Shown piece by piece: positions 10,166 through 20,551 of a stretch of 32,000 nt of DNA. Position 1 is the first letter of the stretch; the number at the start of each line of letters is the position of its first letter. This DNA is from Candidatus Saccharimonadota bacterium (lineage in GTDB: Bacteria; Patescibacteriota; Gracilibacteria; BD1-5; UBA6164): positions 90,001 through 122,000 of the forward strand of contig OZ245768.1 of assembly GCA_965227835.1 (NCBI GenBank), written 5' to 3'. The notes under the pieces were generated by a model. The model was given only the letters and a program-made list of their open reading frames with translations, was not told the origin of the DNA and did not search any database. A program made the translations under genes and the position numbers.

Positions 10166-11383
10166 GTGATTGAAAAGTTAAAAATAGTTTATAAAGATCT
10201 TTTAAAAAACATAACTTTTGATTTTAAAAGAAGCTTTTACCATGACTTTGATCTAGATAAATTTTGACCTACAGCCATAATAGGTGAAAGATGAGTTTGA
10301 AAAACATATTTTATACTTCAAAAATTGAAAGAATCAGATGAAAAAACTATGTATTTTTCTGCTGATAACATTCTTATTAAATCTTTAAGTTTATTTGATA
10401 TAGTATTTGATTTGGTTTATAATTATAAAATAAACTTTGTAGCCATTGATGAAATTCATAAGTTTGATAATTGGCAAAACCATTTAAAATCAATTATTGA
10501 TAGTTTCCCTAACTTAAAGCTAATTGTTTCAGTTTCTTCAAGTCTTGATTTATACAAAAAAACAGCAGATTTACAAAGAAGGATTTATAATTTTCCAATC
10601 TCGACACTAAATTTTAAAGAATTTCTAAATTTATATAAAAATGTAGATTTACCTGAATATAGTTTTGAAGAAATAATCCAAGATTATAATTCCATTAGTT
10701 TTGATTTATTAAATAAATTTAATATAGATTATTTTAAGCAATATTTAAATTATTGATTTTATCCTTATTCAAAAGAAAGAAGACAAACCTATCATAATCT
10801 ACTTTTAAAAAATTTACAAAAAGTTGTTTTAGAAGATATTCCAACATTTCTAAACTTTAATACATCAACTCTCTTTAAAATAGAAAAGCTATTTTATTTT
10901 ATAGCTCATACACCTCCATCAGATTTAAATTATAGTTCTTTATGAAAAAAGATAAATGTTTCAAAAGATTTACTAGAAACTATAATAATGTATCTAGATA
11001 AAATATGAGTTTTAAATACTGCTATTAGAACTAATAAACTAACTGATATAGTAAGGAAAGAATTTAAGGTTTTCTTATGAAATCCAAATATCTATTATGC
11101 TTATATGGATTCTCCAAACTATTGAACTATTAGAGAAAGTTTTATTTTGAAAGTATTAAAAAATATAAATCTAAAAAACCACTTTAAAGAAAATATAATA
11201 CTTCCAAATTATTGATATATATATTTTTCTTATTCTTGAAAAAATTATTTGTTTGAAATTTGATGAAAATGAAAAAAGAACCATCAAATTCAGTGAATAG
11301 AAAACAGTTTTATAATATCAGATGATATAAAAATATGAGAAAAAAATAAAATACCTATGTGGCTATTTTGATTAATTAAGTAA
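10166..11383 (+). CDS. AAA+ ATPase of the AAA_14/DUF4143 type (COG1373-like)
   Basis: GTG 10166 (an in-frame TAA at 10151 excludes earlier starts) to TAA 11381-11383. Walker A IIGERGVGKT (TGA at Gly), Walker B FVAIDEIH, and a C-terminal region typical of DUF4143 proteins. Confidence 0.75.
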
Positions 11384-11425
11384 AATATGAACAATTAAAA
11401 TTCTTTAGAAAAATTAATCTTTTTA

Positions 11426-11668
11426 TTATTCAGAGAGCTTTAGCTCTTTTTTTTGTAAGAAATTTCTCTTTTTCAAAAAATCTACTAGTTTTACACCAAG
11501 GATGTTTTTAGTCTCAGATATTTTTTTTAGTTCTTTTACTTCTGCTTTTTTTCAACTGCTTGTTATATCTGGTTTTTTAAATTCTTTTAGTGTAGACCAA
11601 GATTTACAAAATAGGCATTGTCATGACCATTTCAAGCTTTCATTTCAGCATTCACTGCATATATACAT
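11426..11668 (-). pseudogene. radA: radA/sms N-terminal fragment (zinc-ribbon only, 80 codons)
   Basis: MYICSECGNESLKWSGQCPICKSWSTLKEF is the RadA C4 zinc-ribbon signature. The ORF ends at TAA 11426-11428 inside a terminator hairpin, before any Walker A, KNRFG or Lon-like domain. Confidence 0.65.
11432..11454. terminator. Bidirectional terminator hairpin AGAGCT-TT-AGCTCT plus T8
   Basis: Follows the 10166-11383 stop on the + strand. On the - strand it reads as a degenerate copy of the 24-nt hairpin motif (AAA-AGAGC-TAAA-GCTCT-CTGAATA). Confidence 0.65.
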
Positions 11669-11856
11669 ACTAGATTTTTATTTATAAAATTTATTTTAGT
11701 GTATAAATAGTATATAAAAAGTAAAATTTTTTTTGACGGATAGTGAGAAAGCTCATTAACATATAATGCATTAGGAGATAAAATAAACATTATATAATCA
11801 AATGTTTATTTCTCATACTAAGTACCAATAATTATTTTTTTTAATTTATAAATATT

Positions 11857-11889
11857 AAAAAAGAGAGAAATAAATTTCTCTCTTTTTTT
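11857..11889. terminator. Terminator-like hairpin AGAGAGAAA-TAAA-TTTCTCTCT flanked by A- and T-tracts
   Basis: Read directly. It is symmetric, so it could terminate either strand. Confidence 0.5.
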
Positions 11890-11902
11890 AAATTCATTGT
11901 TT

Positions 11903-11926
11903 CAAATGGCTAAAGCCATCTGTTGC
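11903..11926 (+). repeat. 24-nt hairpin motif copy f: CAA-ATGGC-TAAA-GCCAT-CTGTTGC
   Basis: Same family. The stem sequence differs from copies a and b by compensatory changes. Confidence 0.6.
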
Positions 11927-12170
11927 CAAAAAGATTATTTTTTCATATGAAGTTAATTTTCCAATCTCTTCTTAAACTAATCCCACCCTAATAAATCACT
12001 AATTTTATCCAGCATTCAATTTCCTGTTTTTTCAATTTTTAGACTACTTAATAGAATTTTGATTATTTAATTCTATTCAAGTATAACAATATTTTAATTA
12101 TTCAATGAAGCAAATATTGTGATTATTTATAAGGAATATAGCTTGTGTAATAAAAAAAATTTCAACAAAT

Positions 12171-12198
12171 TTGCAAAATTCATTCTTTCTCTTATATT
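12171..12198 (+). promoter_or_regulatory. Sigma70-like promoter TTGCAA-N16-TATATT
   Basis: -35 at 12171-12176 and -10 at 12193-12198. The predicted start near 12204-12206 coincides with the first base of the long closing stem of the downstream structured RNA. Confidence 0.45.
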
Positions 12199-12202
12199 TA
12201 TG

Positions 12203-12340
12203 AAGCCAAAATACCACACAAAGTGAGGTAAAAAACTAACAAAGATGGGTAACTTAGTTACTCTCCCTTCTTTGTTAGTTTCTTGCTTCAAGAAGTGGTG
12301 TTTTGGCGGACATTAAGAGTAGTCTAGGTTACCCTTTTTT
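12203..12340 (+). ncRNA. Unclassified structured RNA (about 135 nt), either a stand-alone sRNA or a terminator-containing leader of the type III mod gene
   Basis: 13-bp closing stem GCCAAAATACCAC (12205-12217) / GTGGTGTTTTGGC (12296-12308, one G-U pair). Inner 12-bp stem AACTAACAAAGA (12234-12245) / TCTTTGTTAGTT (12269-12280), apical GTAAC-TTA-GTTAC and side hairpin TCTTG-CTT-CAAGA. CTAGGTTACCC+T6 (12325-12340) can alternatively pair with GGGTAACTTAG (12248-12258). GC is well above the surrounding DNA. Confidence 0.5.
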
Positions 12341-12399
12341 GTTCGCTAAAACACCTATTTTTGAAAGTATATCTTATTTTGGCATATTAATTTTTTAAT

Positions 12400-14052
12400 A
12401 TGCTTTTTATGTCCCAAAGTAGGGAAGAACTAATCGAAAAGATAAAACAACTAGAAATTGAACTCAAAAAAGTTAAATCTTATAAAAAGTATTGACTAGT
12501 TTGGGAAGATAAGCCTGAAATTTTTGAGGAAAAATCTAGAAATGCTCTTCCTATACTCAAAGAAGATAAAAACTTAAGAATTGAAGAAAACGAAAAAAAA
12601 CCTAACAATATAATTATAGAGTGAGATAATTATCACTCCCTCTCTAGCCTTTTATACACTCACAAAGGTAAGGTTCAGGTGATTTATATCGATCCCCCCT
12701 ACAATACTTGAAACAAAGATTTTATATACAATGATAATTATGTAGATAAAGAAGATTCTTATAGGCATTCAAAGTGGTTAAGTTTTATGAACAAAAGATT
12801 AAAATTGGCTAAAGATTTATTAACTGAAGATGGTATTATTTTTATTAGTATTGACGATAACGAATTTGTTCAACTGAAAATGCTTTGTGATAAAATTTTT
12901 TGAGAAAATAATTTTGTTGATTGTATTTCTTGGGATAAGAAATCTTCTGCAAAATGAGTTCCTCCAGTAAATATGATAGTAAATACCCATGAATATATTC
13001 TAACTTATCAAAAATCAAATAAATTCTCTTTTATATGAGAAAATAGGGATATAAAGTGATTTTCAAATCCTGATAATGATCGTAGATGACCCTGGAGAAA
13101 TACAAATATAAAAAGTACTGTTAAGAAAAAAGATGAATCTTTTGAAATAATAGATCCAGAAACTTGAAATAGTTTTATTGATACTTGGGCATTTTCAGAA
13201 AATGAAATAGAAAGATTGATAAATGAAAAATACTTAATATTTCCAAAAAATAAAAACTGACAAGTTAGAAGAAAAGAATTTTATAATGAATTTAAAAATC
13301 AAAATACTCCTATAAAATCATCTTGGTGATTATTTGATAATCAGAAAAATACTGAAATGCTAAAATCAATGTTTTGATGAATGGTATTTCAGAATCCAAA
13401 GCCTATAAAATTATTAAACTATTTACTAAAAGTAGTTTCAAAGCAAAACTCCACTATCCTAGATTTCTTTGCTTGATCTTGAACAACAGGTCATGCAGTT
13501 ATGGAATTAAACAAAGAAGATTGATGAAATAGAAAATTTATACTTTGTTCTAACAAAGAAAATACAAAAGAAAATCCAGATAAAAATATATGCAGAAATA
13601 TAACATATGAAAGAAATAAAAAAGTTATAAAGTGATATAAAAACTCTAAATGAGAAAAAATTGAGTGATTAGGATGAAATTTAAGGTATTATACTACTGA
13701 ATTTATAAAAGCTGATAAATCAATAGATGATTTAAGATATAGTTTTATAGATATGTGTGATGATTTACTTTGTATAAAAGAAAATACTTTTAATGAAGTA
13801 AAATTAAAGAATTCAGTTCCAGAACTTAGATTATTTAAAAAATGAGACAAATACACAACAATCCTATACGATATTCATCATTTTAAAAGTCTATTAAATT
13901 TACTTGAAGTGCTAGACTGAAAAATCTCTGTTTATATATTCTCTCTAAGTAAAGATATTTTTGAAGAAGAACTAGAACACTTCAAAAATGTAACAATCCA
14001 AAATATCCCTGATGATATATTATCAACATACAATAAAATCTTTAATTTTTAA
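12400..14052 (+). CDS. mod: Type III restriction-modification DNA methyltransferase (Mod, N6-adenine class)
   Basis: Frame 1 checked codon by codon to TAA 14050-14052. Motif IV VIYIDPPYNTG (about 12682-12714) and motif I LDFFAGSGTTGHAV (about 13459-13500, Gly = TGA). An alternative start ATG at 12409 is possible, because ATG 12400 lies inside hairpin GCATATTAA-TTTT-TTAATATGC (12382-12403). Confidence 0.85.
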
Positions 14053-14119
14053 GCTTATACTCAATTCCCTTATAAGCAGGATTTTATGGTGATTTATTTA
14101 ACTTTTAATAAAACAGTAA

Positions 14120-16657
14120 ATGATACTAAAAGAATATCAAAAAACAGCAGTAAAAGAACTATTATCATCAACAATAAAAGAACTAAACAAAGACGAAAAA
14201 AACAGCTCTATAGTTTTCAAAGCACCAACTTGAAGTTGAAAAACTATAGTGATGCAAAACTTTCTTAAAGCATTTTCAGAGAGTGAATTAGCATGAGAAT
14301 TCTGCTTTTTATGGATAAGTGTAAATGACCTATCTAAACAATCAAAAGACAGTTTTGAGAAAAACTTAGAATGAAGCAAACTACATTTTTCTGAATTATA
14401 TGATATACAAGAAAAAGAAATAAAAAATAATGAAATACTTTTTATAAACTGGGAGAGTATAAGAAGTATTGACAAAACTACTTGAGAATGGAAAGTACTT
14501 GCTATGAGAGATAATGAAAGAGATGAAAACCTGCCAACCTATTTATCAAATACCCATATATCTTGAAGAAAAATTATTCTAATAGTAGATGAATCACATA
14601 GAAGCCTTGATACACCAAAAGCTCAAGAACTTATAAAAAACTTTATTAAACCAGTAGTGCAAATAGAGGTTTCAGCAACACCTGATTCAAAAGATTATAA
14701 TAGTAAAATAGAAGTAAATATTGTGGATGTTATAAAAGAATGAATGATAAAAAAAGAAGTTTTGGTAAATGAAAATTTATCTAATATAGCTGATACTGAT
14801 ATTGAAACTGATAAAATTATTCTTGATTTAGCTTTTGAAAAGCAAAATGAACTAATAGAAAATTATAAAAAAGAGTGAACAAATGTAAAACCTCTAGTTT
14901 TAATACAACTGCCCTCTGAATCGAAAAAAACAACTGATATAGATAAAACAAAACTAGACAGAATCATACATATCTTAAAGCAAGACTATAATCTGACACT
15001 TGAAAACCAAAAATTAGCTATTTGGTTAAGTGAAGATAAGACAAATAAAGACTTGGTAGATATAAAAAATTCTCAAATAAAAGCTCTTATTTTTAAACAA
15101 GCAATCGCAACTTGATGGGATTGCCCAAGAGCACAAATACTTGTAATGTTTAGAGAAATAAAAACAATTACCTTTGAAATACAAACTGTTTGAAGAATAC
15201 TTAGAATGCCTGAATGGAAGCATTATGAAAATGAAATATTAAATAAAGCCTATGTTTTTACTGATTTACCAAAAGCTGAAATATGAATACATGAAACTGC
15301 TAAAAACCTTATTAAAAACCAAGTTTGAATAAGAAAAAATGAAATATATAAACACTTCTCTTTAGAATCTTTTTATAAGTCAAGATGAGATTATAAAGAT
15401 ATTTGATTTAGCTTTTATAATATACTGGCTGAAGCTCTAGTAAATAAAGTAAATTGAGATTTTGATAGTTTTTTGAGAATAGACAATTTGCTAAAACTTG
15501 AAAAAATAATTGATACAAACGAAAAAGAAATAACAAACTCCATACTTTCTGACTGAAAAATATTGGTAGATATAGACAACCATACTTGAGAAAAAATCAT
15601 TGCTAAAAGTGAAATAGAAGCAAAAACATGAGAAGAACTCATAAAACTGACATTTGATGATTTTGCAAGGAACGAAGTTTGACCTCAATTTACAAATATT
15701 GCTAGATCATATACAAAAATAATTGAATGATTATATTATAGTTTGGATAATTATTTTTTTTGAAGATCTAGAACTAAACTTTATTATCAAAAACTTATAT
15801 TAAATAATAAAAACTTCTTTGTAGAAGTGCTGGAAAATGCAAAGAATATATATGTAGATATAAGAAAGCAAGAAGTAAAAACAAGGAAAAAAGAAGCTGA
15901 AAAAAACTACATCTGGAATATACCTAAAAGTCAATGATTTACTGAAAAATCTGAAATTATAAGATATAATAAAAATATTATAGAACCTTCTTTTATTAGT
16001 TTTGATAGCGACAAAGAACAATTATTTATAGAATATTTTCTAGAAAAATCTGATTTAGTAGATTTTTGGTACAAAAATTGAACTTCTTCAGAACAATTCT
16101 TTGCAGTCCCATACAATGATGAGTATCTAGAAATCCAATCTTTTTATCCTGATTTTATAGTTTATTTCAAATCTTGAATTATATGAATCTTTGATACAAA
16201 AAGTTGATTTACTCTTAAAGAATGAAGATTAAGAGCTAAATGACTAGAAGAATATATAAAAAATAATACTAAAAAATGAAAAAAAATTATATGAGGACTT
16301 ATTGAAATAAACAAGGTTTCTCATACTGAAACCGTTACTATGCGTATAAATAATACTTGGAATTATTCTCTTGAAAACAGAAAAAGTTTTTCTATTTTTA
16401 ACGATAGCTACATTGAAGAATATAGATTTGAAGAAATAACTTGAATCTCAGAGAATTATAAAAATGATATAAGAGAGGAGATAGAAAATTTAAACCATGA
16501 TATAAATAATAAAAAAACTAACTATAGCTTTTTCATAGCTGAACAAGAAGATTTTTGAGATTTTGATTATGAAAAAGCTAGTGAGCTAAGAAAGGAAATT
16601 AATCAAATGGAAAACGAAATTAAAGAAAAAGAAAAAATTTTGAGTGAACTAGTGTAA
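14120..16657 (+). CDS. res: Type III restriction enzyme Res subunit (SF2 helicase plus C-terminal PD-(D/E)xK nuclease)
   Basis: ATG 14120 (in-frame TAA at 14117) to TAA 16655-16657. APTGSGKT (14222-14245, both Gly TGA), IVDESH (14582-14599), QTVGRILR, and the C-terminal YPDFIVYF..GIFDTKSG nuclease motif. Confidence 0.85.
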
Positions 16658-16689
16658 AATACTATTTTTGAAATCAAAAATAGTATTTT
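16656..16689. terminator. 14-bp perfect hairpin between convergent res and rloB
   Basis: AAAATACTATTTTT-GAAATC-AAAAATAGTATTTT. Confidence 0.6.
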
Positions 16690-16695
16690 AAAAAT

Positions 16696-16955
16696 TTACT
16701 CAAAATTTTTGTATATTTCATGCACTTCTGAAAATGGATTTTTATCTTTTATATGAATTTTATCCCAATGTATTTTTTCCAAACTTGATATATTCTTATT
16801 TAAATTAGAGATTCCACCTTGTATAATTTTTCTATGAATCTCTATTTTTTCGCTAGAGTATCATTTGTCATAGCCTTTATGGTATTTTTTGATTTCATTT
16901 ATATAAGAATTATTTGTTGAATCAAAATATTTTAAATGTAATAATACAAACAATT
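16696..16955 (-). pseudogene. RloB-like (AbiLii-like) gene, C-terminal segment separated by the IS insertion
   Basis: Reads ..LFVLLHLKYFDSTNNSYINEIKKYHKGYDKGYSSEKIEIHRKIIQGG... to TAA (16696-16698). It joins in frame to 18162-18241 if the IS and one AATT copy are removed. Confidence 0.7.
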
Positions 16956-18161
16956 GGGACCTCTGCAAAAAGATAGATTTAAATTACAAAAATATAATAA
17001 AAAGATTAAAATATGATAAATATTTTAATTTTTTTTTAATGATTATGTCACCATTTAAAGAACAACAAACATTTTTGAATTATTTCCAAAATGAGTTATG
17101 AATTACAAGAACAGAAAAGTTTCTAACAAAATTAGATAAAGTAGTCCCATGGGAATCAATATCAAATAAAATTAATTTATCTAGAGAAATATCAGATTGA
17201 TGAGTTTGAAGACCAAGAATGGAAATACAAAAAATGTTAAAAATACTATTTCTTCAATGACTATATGGATTATCAGATCCGGAAATAGAAGATCAAATAA
17301 GAGACAGAAATAGCTTTCAAAAGTTTCTATGAATATCTGAATCTAAAGATATACCAGATGAAACAACAATATGTAGATTTAGAAATGAATTATCAGAAAA
17401 CTGAAGTCAGGAAACTATATTTACAATGACTCAATTTATTTTAGCTGAAATGTGATTTACAGTAGAAAAGTGATTTATTCAAGATGGTACTATAATAGAA
17501 TCACCAAAATGAAGAAAGAATAATAAATGAGAAAATACAAGAGATAAGGAAGCTAGTTTTACAAAGAAGAATTGAAGAAGTTATCATTGATATAAAGCTC
17601 ATATTGAAACAACAAAGAGAGGAGACTTTGTAATGAATACAACATATACGACAGCTAAGATACATGATTCACAATTATCTGATACTTTAATGACTTGAGA
17701 TGAGAATGAAGAGGCATATTGAGATAGTGCCTATATAAGTAAAGATAAAATAAGATTTTTAGATGAGTTATGAATTAAGTGAGAGTTCAATGAAAGATGA
17801 TCTAGAAATAATCCGTTGACTTCTTATCAAAAAGAACAAAATAGAATTAAATCTACTATTAGGGCAAGAGTAGAACATCCTTTTTCTATTTTAAAGGCTA
17901 AATATTGAAATTATAAAACAAGATATAGATGATTAGTTAAGAATGCTATGCACTGGTTTTTATCTTGTGCTATTTATAATTTTGAACTATTGGCAAGGAG
18001 GTATATATAGCTTTCTAATAGGTGAATTGTGCCTAAATTTGGAAATTATACCTAAAAAAAGGCATAATTCATAGAAATTATCTTATATATTCTTCAAAAA
18101 AAGTGATTTTTATTCAAAATCACTTTTTTCTTGTTCTTTTCAACAATATTGCAGAGGTCCC
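16956..18161 (+). mobile_element. IS5-family insertion sequence (1206 bp)
   Basis: Terminal inverted repeats GGGACCTCTGCAA (16956-16968) / TTGCAGAGGTCCC (18149-18161). AATT is present on both sides (16952-16955 and 18162-18165). It contains a single transposase ORF. Confidence 0.85.
17045..18010 (+). CDS. IS5-family DDE transposase (321 aa)
   Basis: ATG 17045 to TAG 18008-18010 with TGA=Gly. Shows ..LQGLYGLSDPEIEDQIRDRNSFQKFLG.., YGDSAYIS (second D) and RARVEHPFSILKAKYG (catalytic E region), typical of IS5. Confidence 0.85.
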
Positions 18162-18528
18162 AATTCAAAATCTTGATTAGAAAATAATACTTCTGCATAA
18201 TCGTCTTGATCAAATAAATTTTTTATAACATTTATTTCATCTTTTTATATGCATCAGTATCAAGTAATAAATATATTTTTGAATTGGTATTTTGAAGTTG
18301 CTTTTTAGAAAACTCAAAATTATAGCTAATTTTTTCATAGATTTTGTCTATATAATTTGAAACTTTTTTCTTGGTAGTTCATATTTGTCAAGATTTAAAC
18401 GACTCTATTTTAACATTTGTATTGGATCTTTTAATTTCTCTAAAAGCATCAAAATAACATTTTTCAGTTTCTCATTCACAAAATATAAAAAATGTCCTTT
18501 TTAGTCTTTTCCTTTTTTGTTTTCTCAT
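18162..18528 (-). pseudogene. RloB-like (AbiLii-like) gene, N-terminal segment, frameshifted and IS-interrupted
   Basis: ATG (18526-18528) gives MRKQKRKRLKRTFFIFCEGETEKCYF (RloB signature CEGEKTE-like). This frame hits TAA at 18232-18234. The homologous reading continues in another frame (DEINVIKNLFDQDDYAEVLFSNQDFE) after an A5 run at 18242-18246, which implies a 1-nt loss. Confidence 0.7.
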
Positions 18529-19754
18529 GAAATCATTTGTTTTATTAATGAACTAAAATCTCTAAGAATAGGCACTCATCATAGAGATCATAAATTATAT
18601 AACTTTTTTATATCATTTTCACTTCTTAAATCTTCAAAATCATACAGTGTATAAAATTTTGTAGAACCAGATTCGCTCTTTTCTATAATACCTATTTGTT
18701 CTTTTTTAAATTCTTTTAGATTCATTAATTCTAGATTATGAGTTGTAAATATAAATTGATATTTCTTTCATAAGTCACTGTGAATTAAGTTAAATAAATT
18801 TTTTACTATATGAGGATGTAAATTCATTTCTATTTCATCAAAACACAATACTCATTCCTCTTTTATATTTACTAATATTCTTCATAGTATTCAAAATAAC
18901 TTTTTAGTTCAATCTGATTCTTGTAAAAATGGTAAATATTCCAGTTCATCTGTTCAATTAATTTTGTGTCAAAATCTTATAATAGGCTCTGGAGGTATAA
19001 AATTAATACCTCCTTCATTAGGACCAAGATTAATTACTTGTAATTTTTGTTCTTCGATTCTAATATCATAAATGTTAATATCAGCACATTTTAGAAACTC
19101 TATAGCAAGATTTTTATATTCATCATTATCATTCAATTTTAATAAATTAACTGTTTCAATACCATCAAAATCCCTTCATAAGCTAACTAATTTACTAAAA
19201 AAATATAGTATTGGCTTGTTATTCAATTTTCAATTAAATTGATCTAGTATCCACAATACAGAAACATTTTCTCTTACTTTATCTTCCAACAAATTTGAAT
19301 GATTAGAAAATCAATTCTCAAATTTTATATTTTGATTTTTCCTTGAAAACAATGTGATTTTTTTATTTTTTCATTTTATTTCATATAAATTTTCAGATTT
19401 TACTATCTTTTTTAATAGTTCAAAATTGTAAATATACTCTTTGTTATCTATAAAAAATGATATTTCAAAAAAACTTGATCAATCTTTAGTATTTTCGTCA
19501 AATAGAAAAGGAGATATATAAAAAGTTCTTTTCATTACAAAATTTGTTATAACTACTATGGCTTTTAATATATTAGTTTTTCAACTGGCATTAGCTCAAT
19601 AAATAATCATACTCTTTTCTAGAGTTGTTTTTTTTCAATAAGATTCAATAGAAAAAACATTGTTCTTTAAATTTCAATAATTTGAAGATTCAAAGTTAAT
19701 TTCTGTCTCATCTTTAAAAGATAAAAAATTTTTTACCTTAATATATTTTAACAT
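18501..19754 (-). CDS. AAA_21/ABC-type ATPase (AbiLi/RloA-like)
   Basis: ATG (19752-19754) to TAA (18501-18503), 417 aa. Walker A IYGANASGKTNILKAI (Gly TGA), Walker B-like VLCFDEIEMNLHP, then FIFTTHN. The 3' end overlaps the rloB-like start by 28 nt. Confidence 0.75.
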
Positions 19755-19818
19755 ATTTATGTATTAATGATTATATAAATATGATAATATTGTATCATTT
19801 TTTACACAAAAAACAAAT

Positions 19819-19843
19819 ATTTATGCAATATTTTTGCATAAAT
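19819..19843. promoter_or_regulatory. 10-bp inverted repeat ATTTATGCAA-N5-TTGCATAAAT upstream of the AbiLi-like ATPase
   Basis: Read directly. It lies 65-90 nt upstream of the minus-strand start at 19754. Candidate operator only. Confidence 0.3.
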
Positions 19844-20170
19844 TATATACAATTAATATTTTTTTCTAATTTTTACTTTTATCATAACGAAGTAATTTTG
19901 CCACAGGGCCCTTTATTTTATTTCCTCATGCACTATATTTCTCAAAACTACCCATTTTTTATAAAATCGACATAGGAGAATAAGGATAACTAATGGAAGT
20001 ACAGTATTTGTTTTGTTAAAATCACCTTGAAATATGATTTTTAAATGATTTTGAAACCAAGATAAATATATATTGAAAGAATCTTACGAAGATTTTAAAA
20101 TGTTTATTAAAACTTTTTAAAAATTTATTTTATATTCTATATAGTCTTGTTACTTTTTTTCTTTTTGGTT

Positions 20171-20401
20171 TTACTTTATATCGCATCTATAGTAGTCTTT
20201 TCCAAAAGCTCTATTTACCATTGCATACTGATTTACAAGTATGTAGCTTGTTGTTCTAGGTATTTTATAACTAACACCATCTGTTTTGAGTATATTTAAA
20301 GGTCTAAATGTTGCAAAAGGTAGCATAGACTTCTCTATATCACCAGCAATAGCTACTTGTGGTGCGAAAAGAGTTAGTGAGATAGCAAAACATATATTCA
20401 A
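20171..20401 (-). CDS. Small hypothetical protein with hydrophobic N-terminus (possible signal peptide)
   Basis: ORF-track ORF (TTG start). The N-terminus ICFAISLTLFAPQVAIAG looks like a signal peptide. The frame stays open upstream with no ATG, so the start is uncertain. Confidence 0.35.
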   Translation of the reverse strand: MNICFAISLTLFAPQVAIAGDIEKSMLPFATFRPLNILKTDGVSYKIPRTTSYILVNQYAMVNRAFGKDYYRCDIK

Positions 20402-20551
20402 AAATTTTATTTTTTTGATTCTATATATGAAGGATAAAACTAAGGATAAAAAAAGTCAAAAGTTTTTTATAAAAGAACTAGATCTTTTTTCATTTGAAAA
20501 TAAAAAAGAAATATTAATAATTTGAGAAATTAAAATCCTGAAAAAATATTC

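Noticed and set aside
12203-12340. Assignment of the structured RNA to SRP (4.5S), 6S, tmRNA, RNase P or a SAM riboswitch.
   Set aside because: It lacks the SRP domain IV GGAA/AGCA loops, has no tRNA-like end or tag ORF for tmRNA, and is too short for RNase P. It has no central open-bubble architecture obvious for 6S and no SAM-I/II consensus blocks recognisable by eye. It is left unclassified.
19781-20525. Track ORFs 19781-19975 (+) and 20286-20525 (+).
   Set aside because: The first is a hydrophobic, low-complexity reading of an AT-rich divergent promoter region with no motif. The second overlaps, antisense, the small signal-peptide-like ORF and the intergenic region. Neither gains length or motifs under code 25.
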